Below are positions 21,461 to 32,449 of a stretch of DNA of 64,000 nucleotides, piece after piece. The position numbers and the translations under genes are program-made. Below the pieces are notes generated by a model that saw only the letters and a list, made by a program, of their open reading frames with translations, did no database searches and was not told the DNA's origin. The stretch lies in assembly GCA_950097015.1 (NCBI GenBank), contig CATNEN010000038.1, positions 13,826,001-13,890,000 on the forward strand, written 5' to 3'. Numbering within the stretch: the first letter of the stretch is position 1; each line of letters starts with the position of its first letter. Source of the stretch: Macrostomum hystrix (Eukaryota > Animalia > Platyhelminthes).

Positions 21461-23067
21461 TGCCTTTTTTTCGTTCTATTTGGGCTTTCTTGCGAACCAT
21501 TTGGGCAGCGCAGGCAGTGGTGAGCGAGACGAAAGCAGGCACTCTGTGCCATAGACAAGGATTGCATTTGCTTCTGAATTCAGCAACCAATTTGGGCCCC
21601 TTAGCGAGCAATTTCGGCCATTTAAAAGCTACGCTATGGACGCAGAAGAACATGAGCCATACAGACAAACAGACAAAGAGGTGAAAGCACCAATAGGAAA
21701 AATGTTAACTTGGGAAAACAATCAGACTGACTGAAAAGGAGTCAACATGATGATGTCAAAACATCACTCGGTAATGTCAGCTGCCTCGAGGCAACGCTGC
21801 ATGTAGGTCAGACTGTGGTTCACCCACTGTCGACACTTGAATGGCGTGATCTCGAATACAGCCGTGTCGATCAGTTGCTGCAGAATCCGCAGTCGTTGCT
21901 GATGAAGCGTGCTTCCCGCTGCGGCTGCTGCGTCTCGGTTACCGGCTTGGCGCTGAATGTCCGGTTGTGACAAGCTGCGCTTCAGAGCAGCTTTCAGGCA
22001 GGAGCCAGCTCGCTCAGTTGCATTCAGGAACGGCGAGTATGGCGGTAGAAAACGATGATTGTGTCCTTCACGCATTCCTGGCACGTTTGTGTGAGCGCGG
22101 GCACCGTCCGTGAGAAGGACAAACTCTTCATCCAATAGCTTGTCTAATTCAGACAGAAAGGCTACAAAATTCTCGTTCTTGAAGCCGCCGACAACTGTCG
22201 TGTAGTGCACGAGGCCATGCACAGACGAGATTGCCAAGCAGATTGTCAGATTCTGACCGCGTTGGCCATTCACAACTGACACAGCTCGCTGTCCGCGCTG
22301 CGCCCAACCTTGGCTGCGTGACGTCCACAAGTTGACGCCGAACTCGTCGAGCCAGATCGTATGCTGCTGCACTCCCTCAGTCAGCATCCGTTCTGCATGC
22401 ATGCGCCGAGCCTCCTTAGTCACGGGCTCGTTCCACTCTACCGGATTGACCCTTGCCAACTTTAGCGTGACGAGACGACCATCCAACGCCCGACTGATGG
22501 TCGATTGCGATATAATGGCGACGTCAGGAAAAATCTGCTGTAGGCGCAGCTGCATCTGATTCAGCGTTGCTGTCGGGCGCGATCCCAGGAAGTCGACGAT
22601 CTCCTCAATCATTCCTTCCGTCAGTCGACGCCTCTTGTCACCACCCTTTGGCGATAAAAGTGCAGATAAAATTAAATTGCAGACGATGTTGGCTGCTGTC
22701 TGGCGCTTGATGCCAAGCATGCGCGCTAGGTGTCGCCAGTCGGCATCATTCTGGTAGGCTGCAATCAGCCTCTGTCTGTCAACAGCCGATATGCGCGAGT
22801 AATGACCGCGAGGCGGTATCGCGGTCAGAGTATGCTCATGTTGCAGACTGTTGTGACTTCTATGACTGCTGCCCCTGTTTTTTATCTCTGACTGCCACCA
22901 CTGGCCAAAATTGCTCGCAAAGGGGCCCAAATTGGTTGCCGAATTCAGAAGCAAATGCAATCTTTGTCTATGGCAATTGGCACAGAGGGCCTGCTTTCGT
23001 CTCGCTCACCACTGCCTGCGCTGCCCAAATGGCTCGCAAGAAAGCCCAAATAGAACGCAAAAAGGTA
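21461..23067 (-). mobile_element. IS630/Tc1/mariner DNA transposon, ~160-bp TIRs, TA TSD
   Basis: TIRs at ~21461-21620 and ~22903-23067; TA at 21459-60 and 23068-69; transposase ORF inside. Confidence 0.92.
21764..22819 (-). pseudogene. DDE_3 (IS630/Tc1-like) transposase; probable start codon reads ATA
   Basis: HTH (DRQRLIAA..PKGG), WLDEFG, LLTDGARAH and FLPPYSPFLNATE. Open frame, but the likely start (I-PPRG) is ATA at 22819-22817. Confidence 0.8.
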
Positions 23068-23849
23068 TAGTAGAAGATAATGTAATAATGTAACACTAAC
23101 ATAAATACGATGCGATAAATACTAATAGCAGTACAGTTTGCACACAGAGCCGCATTTATAAGAGGTTAGGTTTTCACCAACGAAGCGCAGAACAGGCCTT
23201 GTAAGATGGGATTTTGAACCTCTACATTGAACCTCTAGCAAATGCCTTCCCCAGCTAAGGTGGGATCGTGTAAAGTACGAAAGAACCCCCTATGCGAAAG
23301 ACCTTGCTTCCAGCACTGACCAGGACACCCAGAAGATGCCCAGCATAAAGTCTCTCTGGCGGCCATTATTCGCTCTCTTTCTGGCCTAAATATTAGTCGT
23401 AGCAGCGGGGTCCCTGCCTCGTTATGTTTTACTTATGGGGTCTAGAACCACAAGGGGTGGTGGCAGAACTACTCCAAGTAGTCCCTACCTTGAAAACTCA
23501 CTGGCTAGAATTAAACAATGGGAAATTGGCCAATCGGACCACAAAACCAGCTACCAATAATCACTAGGGCGGGTGCCTCTGGGGGAGTAAGGCCTGATCC
23601 CCTTCCACCTTGGGATCAGCACCGTGGGATTTCCAGCGCTCACATTGAGCCGTTCCCGGGTAACATCAACTGCAAGTATTAGTATTGCCTTAGGAGTACG
23701 GGGCGATTAATGAGCGATACACACTACTCATTCTGGTTTTCTTGCGCAGTCAGTCGTGAAGATACTATGCCATTGCAAAAAATCGTTTAATTGCAATTTT
23801 ACAGGACTAATGATACCTACCAGCCCCTGTAAACAGCCGTTGCACCAGC

Positions 23850-24530
23850 CCAGAAGTGTAGTGTACATGATAGACGGCCAGATGATCGGCGTGTAGATCC
23901 ACCAAAGTTTCTTGGGGGGTGAGCCTCCATGAAGTGCCAACGGTGCGCCTATCTGATCTGAGCCAGTATTGCCAGGGCCTTCTTATCTTTGGCGAAAATG
24001 TGAGGGGTGTCCACTTGAGCCTACGGTCTAGGATAATATATACTAGGAGGCAAAATCTAGGAGGCATCGGACCTGCTTCTCCAAGGCGACGTCCGTACCA
24101 TAGAGACTGGGAGGCAGCTTGCTAGTAAAATAACTCCGAGAGCCTCAGCCCGCGCAGCGTTCCGCTTTGTTGATGAAACCCTTCAGAATGTCCCTGGTGG
24201 TTTCCGCCGAGGGGCCCCCGCAAATCGCGGTCATATCATCAGAGCATCGTTAAGCAGCTCATCTATAACGAGGTTCCAAATAACCGGGGTGAGGACTCCG
24301 CCACTTGTGCGAGAGCGAATAGCGCTTCAGCTCTACAGAGCGCCAGCCTCTCGAAAAGCTTGAGGCAAGAGGACTTTAGGCTATCCGGGCGGAAATGCCT
24401 TGACAGCCCACAGTCACCTTTAGCAGGCTTTGGAAGAGTAGGCAGATGAATTCTTTGTCAAGGAATCTGCCTCATTTACCACTTCGTGCAATAACACTGG
24501 ATGCACCCCGTCCGGCGCCGGTGCCTTAAC
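23850..24530 (-). mobile_element. Degraded LINE RT fragment related to the 6405-8267 family
   Basis: Broken frames give GGVLTPVIWNLVIDELL, ILDRRLKWTP, WRLTP and KLWWIYT, matching the intact copy ([22 protein letters not shown]). Confidence 0.8.
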
Positions 24531-26390
24531 AGATATTCTCGCGTTTTGACTTTACTTAAATTCGCTGTTTTTCTGCTATGTGATCGTTACAGCCCAAATT
24601 TCCAACAGTACTACGCAAAGTATAAATTGCTATATTTTCGTTTATTTACTCACACTAGTAACAACTTCAGCTCATTTTACGCAATGATTTTACGAGCCTG
24701 AATAGCTAGGGTCATGCACAAACTGTAATACAAACCAGAATTTAAGCCTCATTTGGTTGCTGTCTGCCAGGAAATGATTTAGTCAGCGCTGTAACACTGC
24801 AAAACCGGGCAAGGCTTATTGTAAAGCCCTGCTTTGTAGCTTTTGTAGAGAAAAGCAAATAGATGAGGTGAGTCAGTTTGAGCTACATGAAGTCTCATTG
24901 TATTCAAACATTAGAGTTTTAAATTGCAACAATACTTTTTTATTCGCTACTCTTTTTCCAGTTGTACCGTCCTTAATTCGGGTTCTCCTGTCTTCAATAG
25001 GAGAGAAAAATTTAGTTAGGGAGCAACAGAACAAGAGCTAGCAAGCACAATAGCACACTCCACGAACTCAGAATGAAATTAGAGGCAGTAAATATTGCGA
25101 ATGAATGCAGTCGAGAGCATTCGTACAACTAGCAAGCTCGGTGGTACTTAGAAGAATGTTGACAGCGACTGTCAGCTTAGAATCCACCCGAACAATAGAA
25201 ACTCGCTCTGGAGAGCGGAATAATAGCTCCATTAGGGGCGATTCAGCAGCACGTAGATATAGAATATATAGATAGACACATAGACGCCACTGCTGTTCTG
25301 CGGCGCATAGGAAAGCTACTGCATCTGCAGGATATACTCGTAAAAACTGCAGGCTGCTGTTTAGCTGCTGCTGCTGACCACGAGACCGAATTTCAAGCCC
25401 TGCAGCTAATTCTGGTACCAATTTTACTACAGGGGGACTAATGGGATGCCCGTACAACAATCCGACGTCACCGACGTCGCTGACTTTCCCGACGTCACCG
25501 ACGTCCAGCTTGAGTGGAAACTTTTACACATTACGCCTACGAAATCCGACGAAATTCGGATTACGAAATACGAAATGCGAAAACGCATTTTTAAATCTGG
25601 AAAAAACTGTTTCTTAGAGGGGAGATTCGAACCCCAGACTTCTCTGTGTTGGAGTTCATGGGTCTAACAACTTGGCTCCTGTCTATCCAATCTACATATC
25701 TTTTACAACTCTGGCTTTGGTAGTCTTTTAGTTTATAAATTTTGGACTTTCAAACTCCCTGCACCTGGGTGTGATCACCTCTTGAAACCCGTCCCAGCGA
25801 TAACTTTTGAATTTCGGTTAATCGTCTTCTGGAAGTGTTGCAAATTACCACACTATTACAAAATTAGTAACAGGAACATTAATTGTAAATCCGACGAACA
25901 GAACAAAAGCTTGGGCCAGTGTTTTCGTAGATTTTCTTTAAAAATTACTCTTTTAATAACCATTAGCTGTAGCCTGCTAAGCAGCATCAACACTTAGTTT
26001 GCCACGTAATGTGCTACGCCACCCGGTATGACATACGATCTTACATAATAAAGCATTTTCTAGGCCGTTTTATGCATTAAAATTTTATAAATACACGATC
26101 TCTCACACGCAAATACGTTCTTGTTTAAAGAACTTGGAGTCCAGTTATTTGATTCTTGTGTTTATTAAAAACTATACCTCATGGCATTACCCGTGAACTC
26201 CAAGACGTTGCGACGATTATAATATCTGCATTAACGGTAAGATTGTACCAGGTAAAAAAGGCAAGACGAAAGTACGATTCATATAGAAGTTTTAAAGTGT
26301 TACGACGAGCAGTATCTGTAAAAAATGATTTTGCGTGCAAGCATCACAACTCAAACTGCAAAAGAAGTTAGGCAACTCAAATTTTTGGTC

Positions 26391-27500
26391 CTATCGGCCC
26401 CGCACAACACTCAGGAAGTCGTTTCGAATCCAGATTCCATCCCACACACGCACGGCCTTCAGGTCCAGGGCCTGGTACAGATTTTCCATTGCGAAAAGAG
26501 TGTAGCCGCGATCAACAAAGAACGAGACGATCTTATCGTAGTTCTTTGAAACAGAGGCGAACTGCGTGGGATCAGGCCGGTAGAACTCCATCTGCACGGC
26601 AATGACTTTCTTCTTTTTGAACAATGCCTGTCCCGTCGAGAAGAAGGTGTACTCGCTGGTCTCGATGTCAATCTTCATGACCACCAGATCAGTGGTGACG
26701 CTGCTCAGGAGGTCGTCAGCCCTGCCAGTCATCACGGGGATCGTGTCGGTTATGACGTCCTTGGTGGATCCACCGCCACCAACGTTGCACATGCTGGTAC
26801 CGAAGTTGAGGTACTGCAGCGACACGGAATCGTGGAAGTACATCCACATCAGCTTGAGATTGCCATCGGATTCCCAGCCCATGTCGTTGGCGGACATGCG
26901 AATTCGGATCAGGTTCCTGATGTTCGCATCCACTGCCACCGTAGGGATGCCGGCCTCCCTGGCCTGCAGCGTGTAGACGCCGATGTTGCAGCCGATGTCC
27001 ATGAAGGTGACGGATTTTGCAGGGAACTTCTTGGCGATGGATAGAGTTACAAACACCTGCCCTGTCTCCCAATTGTGGGCTGATATTACGATATTGGATA
27101 AAATATCTACTGCCGGGTAGGTGTGGATCGCGACCTCTCGGTGAGTAATGATGCTGTTTATAAACGTTCTCACGGCTGACTTGCTGATCTTCCTCGTGAG
27201 TTGAGGTGGCAGATTCGCGCTGATCTCGCACGGAGGAAACTTGTTGTTCACCATGGTGTAGGCCGCATGGCGTTGGCACAGCCGCTGAGCGAGTATCGGG
27301 TGCAGAAAGTTGACATCACGGAGCTCCCAGTAGCCCGGACAGGACTTGGCGTGTTCGGGAATCTCGCTGCCGTCATCGCCAAGTATGGTATCGAGGCTTC
27401 TCTCCAGGTCTTTTATTTTCATCTGCTGGCGCCTGAAAATCAGCAGCAGCAGTATAACGACGGCGGACACGGCAACCGTCTGGTAGAAGCGGGACGCCAT
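26391..27500 (-). CDS. FkbM-family (Methyltransf_21) SAM-dependent methyltransferase with N-terminal TM anchor, 369 aa, intronless
   Basis: FMDIGCNIGVYT (motif I), VAVDA and VMKIDIE.SE motifs; hydrophobic stretch at residues ~8-22. Confidence 0.88.
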   Translation of the reverse strand: MASRFYQTVAVSAVVILLLLIFRRQQMKIKDLERSLDTILGDDGSEIPEHAKSCPGYWELRDVNFLHPILAQRLCQRHAAYTMVNNKFPPCEISANLPPQLTRKISKSAVRTFINSIITHREVAIHTYPAVDILSNIVISAHNWETGQVFVTLSIAKKFPAKSVTFMDIGCNIGVYTLQAREAGIPTVAVDANIRNLIRIRMSANDMGWESDGNLKLMWMYFHDSVSLQYLNFGTSMCNVGGGGSTKDVITDTIPVMTGRADDLLSSVTTDLVVMKIDIETSEYTFFSTGQALFKKKKVIAVQMEFYRPDPTQFASVSKNYDKIVSFFVDRGYTLFAMENLYQALDLKAVRVWDGIWIRNDFLSVVRGR

Positions 27501-28364
27501 AAGCAGCAGACGTGAATTTCAGTGTGGCTTGAGTTGTTCTGTTTCTTCTTGGTTGCTGGTGCCAGTGATGTGCAGAAATCTGACCGCTAAGTTGTCAGCT
27601 TTTGTAGTGTTTCGTTTTTTATAACTATTTTGCGGCTCCACTACGTAAAACTACCTATATGTTATTCAATGTGGTAAGCTCTGCCTCGGCGCGCTGCTCT
27701 GGGTGGAGGGCCCGCTCGATGGGGTGGCGTTTCAACGCACAATCAACAGCAACATTGTTCTACAGAAGTCCTGTACATTTCGCATAGATCTATTTTCTTT
27801 CATATAGCCCACATAAATGCCTGTCTGCTTGACCACTCGTAAGAAAAGAGTCTAGATTTGGCTTAACCACGACATCGTGCCATGAAAGCACTACCATTCT
27901 TGACTGATGATAATTTAGTCAATGTTCGTAGACCACATTCGGTTAGATAGCAGATAGCAGACAGTACTTTGCAGACTGATATGGCTCGATTTCGTACCTC
28001 GTGTTTAAATCAAACGATATTGAAAGTCACTTCAAAAAATTGGCAAAAGTAGCTCGTACTACTTATTGAAGGATTTGCTAAAGATAACAGGTAAACTACA
28101 AACAGAAAACTACAGATAGAAAATCACTATAACAGCAAAGTACTAAGTTAGCAAAACATATAACAAGTACAAGCAACTGCACAGTAAGAAACTGGTGTAG
28201 CTTTCAAATTGATGGACTACGAGTAAGAAATTTACATATGTTATTGTGTGCTGTGGATGTTCCTTGAATAAAAAACAAGCTGACAGACCGACTATGAGAA
28301 GTATCGATGAAAGCTGAGCTGAAAATCGTAGCCTGTATTAAATTTTTGATAGACTAGATAGTCC

Positions 28365-28615
28365 TGTGGCGGAGAGTGCACTCTACCCCAGACAGCCGGC
28401 CCCAGACATCACACCACTGTCTGGGCGGATGCGTCACCCCTGCTCGCGCAGTCGCATTGGTTTGCGATCCTCAGTGGGGTTGGGGACATGGAGAAGTCGC
28501 GCTGGCCTTTATAAGGCTCTTTGTCTCGGGCACATTGCCCTCACACTCACATCTTTTTGCGAACTCAAATAAACACGAACTCGTTAGCGCAGCCTACTCG
28601 GCAACCCGCTATACA
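28365..28615 (+). mobile_element. Solo LTR (251 bp), 4-bp TSD GTCC
   Basis: TGTGGCGG...CCGCTATACA ends; GTCC at 28361-64 and 28616-19; internal TTTATAA and AATAAA. Confidence 0.85.
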
Positions 28616-29374
28616 GTCCACTATATTTAGTTTAGTGGGCACTGAGCACCATAGGTCATCACCTTTCAGCATCGATCCACATGTAATGTCCTCTGCTCAT
28701 ACTTTACTTTGTAATTTTCTCATAAATAAATGGTATAGTCACATCAATTAAAGCCTCAAATATATTCTCTTCTTTGTTTGTAACTGACAGATCATGCTAG
28801 TCATTTACGCAGTCCAAGGATCGTGTGCATGATTCATACCCAATAGTTTCTGTATTTTAGCCTTTGCGTCGACTCCTCACGTAAGCTGGATACTTCCTGA
28901 GTAGCGCAATACGCGAATGACTCCTACTTGTACCTTTGGTAGCAGTGGTCGAAATGGTCTTGGCTCTTATCAGGGAAATGCCAAAAGGCCATTGGCAAAG
29001 TGGCATCATGATCCATGTGATGGCCACCACGCAGTGCACCTGTGTTGCCACCACAGACATTTGGAAACGAGTTCACAGATCCTAGTTTAAGTTCCTGATA
29101 AGCCGAAAAATTGTAATGCTGCAGCTTCCATTTTAGACTGCGACTTTAACCGCAAATGAATAGAAACACGCCTCGCAACTAGATTCCTGATTTTCTACAG
29201 AGCTTTTCTACATGGGTCCTAGATTCTAATTCTGATTCATACTGGTAAATTCATTACATTAGACTAAATCATACTCATTAAATTGCCAACATACCCATCC
29301 TGTCTGAATGATGAGAACGGAGGATAGTTTAAATAATAATACTTAGAAGAGGGCTGTGGGCAATGGAACATACT

Positions 29375-29570
29375 GTACGCTGGCACATACTCACGCAGGT
29401 GTGTACAACTGCCTTGACTTTCTCATCGTCAGGCAGTGTACACTCTCACTGATCCTTGGATGTTGCCATCAAGGTCGTAAATTGCACAAGCCTCCAAGCC
29501 TTCTCTCAGCGGCTGCGGCCTAAATTAATGTGGCCTTGCCGCGGACTCGAGTTCAGAGACCTATAGTCCA
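29375..29570 (-). mobile_element. Interspersed SINE-like repeat, copy 1 (copy 2 at 60060-60270)
   Basis: ~190 bp clearly homologous to 60060-60270 (shared TGACTTTCTCATCGTCAGGCAGTGTACACT); degenerate B-box-like TCGA(G/T)TCC at the minus-strand 5' end. Confidence 0.7.
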
Positions 29571-32449
29571 TCTATCAGTCTATCAGCTTACTTTTCAGAT
29601 AATTAGGCAATCTGCAAGTCACTCAATTTTACTAGTAAATCAAGGGCATGCACGCCGTCACCAACTTTCAGAATTAGATCAACCAAAATTAGGGCTACTT
29701 GATTCAAGTGTATACTCAGTCCTTGTGGTCATCCAAATACTTCAAGAGAGCTAAGGATTTCTAAGACCCCTATTGTTTCTGTGGAAACAACCGAGAGCCG
29801 GAAAATGTTTCTCGATAATTTGCAGGCACTGGGTGTTATTATTATTATTATTAAAATGCGCCCGCAGATTGGGTGCTGACTTTTTTGTTTATTTGATGTT
29901 TGGTAGCAAGGCTGAACGATTCGATTTAAAGAAAGGCGATAGAAAAATAGTAGCATGCATAAGATTAATTTTAGGTGAATAAAATATTTGAAATTTGTAA
30001 ACAAAGGCATTTAAACAAAAATTAAATATTGAAATTTGAAGAGAAAATTAAAACCGAGACTGAAATCACTTCGCTCACGAAAGGAGAATAGCTATTGTGT
30101 TTTTGCGAGTTACGATCAAATATAAGAAAACTAAAAATCAAACTAAGCATTCTAACTATGGGCCTCAGGGCAGGGGCTTTTTATCTTAGCTTTAATTATG
30201 CTTTCTATGAATTCCACAAAACTTTCTGTTAATTCTGTGCTTTCCGGTAGATAACTCGAGTGAGCCACGAAATTATAGCAGAAATAGACAATGCTGAGTC
30301 TATAGCTAGCTAGCTAGTAGCTAGTGAACAAGCAATTCATAACATAGATTCCCAGTAATGCAAAAGGCTTTGTACCGAGCCATGCATATCAGGACAATAC
30401 AATAACAGCGAGTTGAGATAGAACGTGTGCCAATGTGAATAACTGATTCAAACCCGCAGCCCACAATTGCTTGCAAAAGAAAGGAAAACTATTTCGATTT
30501 AAAAGGGTTACAGCTGAGTGACTGCAGGACTCAACCATTGAGAGCGCAGACAATAGACAAATTAATAGGCAGACATGAGTTCTCTAGAGGGTTCTACTAT
30601 ACGTTTATGTACAATTTAGTTTTTGCCTTTTTCATTGCTTCCTGTGATTAAAGTTAATATACTGCGTTTTTTAGTTCACTATCAGTGAAACAGATAATAG
30701 GGGACCATTGTGGAATAACGCAGTGTAAAACACTATCTTAAAGAGCATTTTATTCTGAAGCAGTTTATTAATGTTTCTGAGTTATTCTGAGTCAATTATG
30801 ATCCATACCTGCCATTTCTGCCCCCCTGACTATGTACACAATTTAGGACTGTACAGTTTAAACCTCTACTATATTTGTACATGTCCGTAATTAATGCTTA
30901 TGATGTTCACTTGTTGTTATGTCGCTTGTTATGATGTTATGATGTTATGATGTTATGATGTTCGCTTGATGTTCGCTTAAATGATAAAACTTTTCACCTC
31001 AGAAACATATCATAATTGCGTTTAACTTCTCAAATATGCACTCGCTACTTAGCCGGATTATGACTAATATAGTAGATTTTGTGGTTTTGATTTTGACATT
31101 TATTAATTTACTAATAAGTAAACCAGTTTAATGCATGGTTTTTAAAGCCCGCATGTCAAAAATTTAGAGCAGATGAACGCCTGGTGCGTGGAAATACTAA
31201 TTTGGCAAGTTGCAGAATGTCAGATGATGGTAAGGGCACACTAGTTCATTTTAGAGGGGGCTCAATTTGCTACTCCACCATACATTAGTGCGATATTTCT
31301 ACTCGAATATACTTCTAGGATTATTTTAGAAAAAAACGGCTTAACAATTTTCATCACACTAAACGTTAAAAATCTTCTGGCTAAGAAATTTATCGACGCT
31401 AAATTTTATAGATGAAATTATATAAGAAACTTTTTTCTAAGGTCGTTCGGACGTTTTGATTGAGAATGATTCTGACTTGAATCGGAAAATGATTGCGCCG
31501 TAAGTCGACACCACTGGCTTAAGAGAAAAAATTAATTTCCTTGCAACTGGTGCTGGGGCTTTTAGTAACTGCAAAAGTAGGAGGAATTAAAAGAATCGTA
31601 TACTGCATACCCATGCAGAGAGTGAAAACCCTGCTTGTAGTAGTCACAAAAAAATTGCCACCATTTGCATCCTGACTGTTTCCAGCTAAAATTCCAACAT
31701 AAAGAAGACTAAAAAACTGGAACCAATGCTAAACCATTTTGGAAGACGTAGACATAGTGCGAGCATATCCACCATACAACAAACGATGTGTGTAGGAGTA
31801 ATGTAATCTTTCCGAATGTAAATGTAACAAAATTCAAGTGAAAAAAACTATGGGATTGCAACAAATGGCAAACCAGTTTAACAGAGAGGACAACACAGTT
31901 TAATATTCAATATAAGAAGTCTCTTCTTAAAGCGAATTCAATCCCCAAAAGGGGATTAAATTAAACTTCTACTCAATAAAATAAAAATGTAATAAAAAAG
32001 ATGTGTGCTTGTGTCAACGTTCTTGTCGTTCTCTCAACCTGCCTCACTGATTGGTGAGATAGGTTACTGCTGGTCCATTAAATTCACTAATCGACTACCA
32101 TTAGTAAAGTTGGTCAAGTGACCACGCCTTCTGTCAAAATGTATTATCTGTTGGCAAAGGAGTATTGCAGCTACTGGCTAAATATGTTACTATCTTAAAT
32201 GCAGTCGGACCAATGAATTTTTTTAACTAGAGCCCGCTGTGTGCGAAAATTAATTTGAATAGATAGATGAAGCCAGTTGAAAGCTATAGTTTAGACAAAT
32301 GGAATTGAGCACAGAAGGACAGACTGGAGAACAGCATAAATGGCCACGCTGTGTATGTATATATATTTATATCTTACTGTATTTCTAGGTCTGTTCTCAC
32401 TCCCCTCGGCGCAAGTTGCTGCTATAGAAAAACACACCGAGAGAAAAAC

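Noticed and set aside
25430-26050. CCGACGTCA / TACGAAAT repeat cluster suggestive of a transposon end
   Set aside because: Could not identify a partner terminus or TSD.
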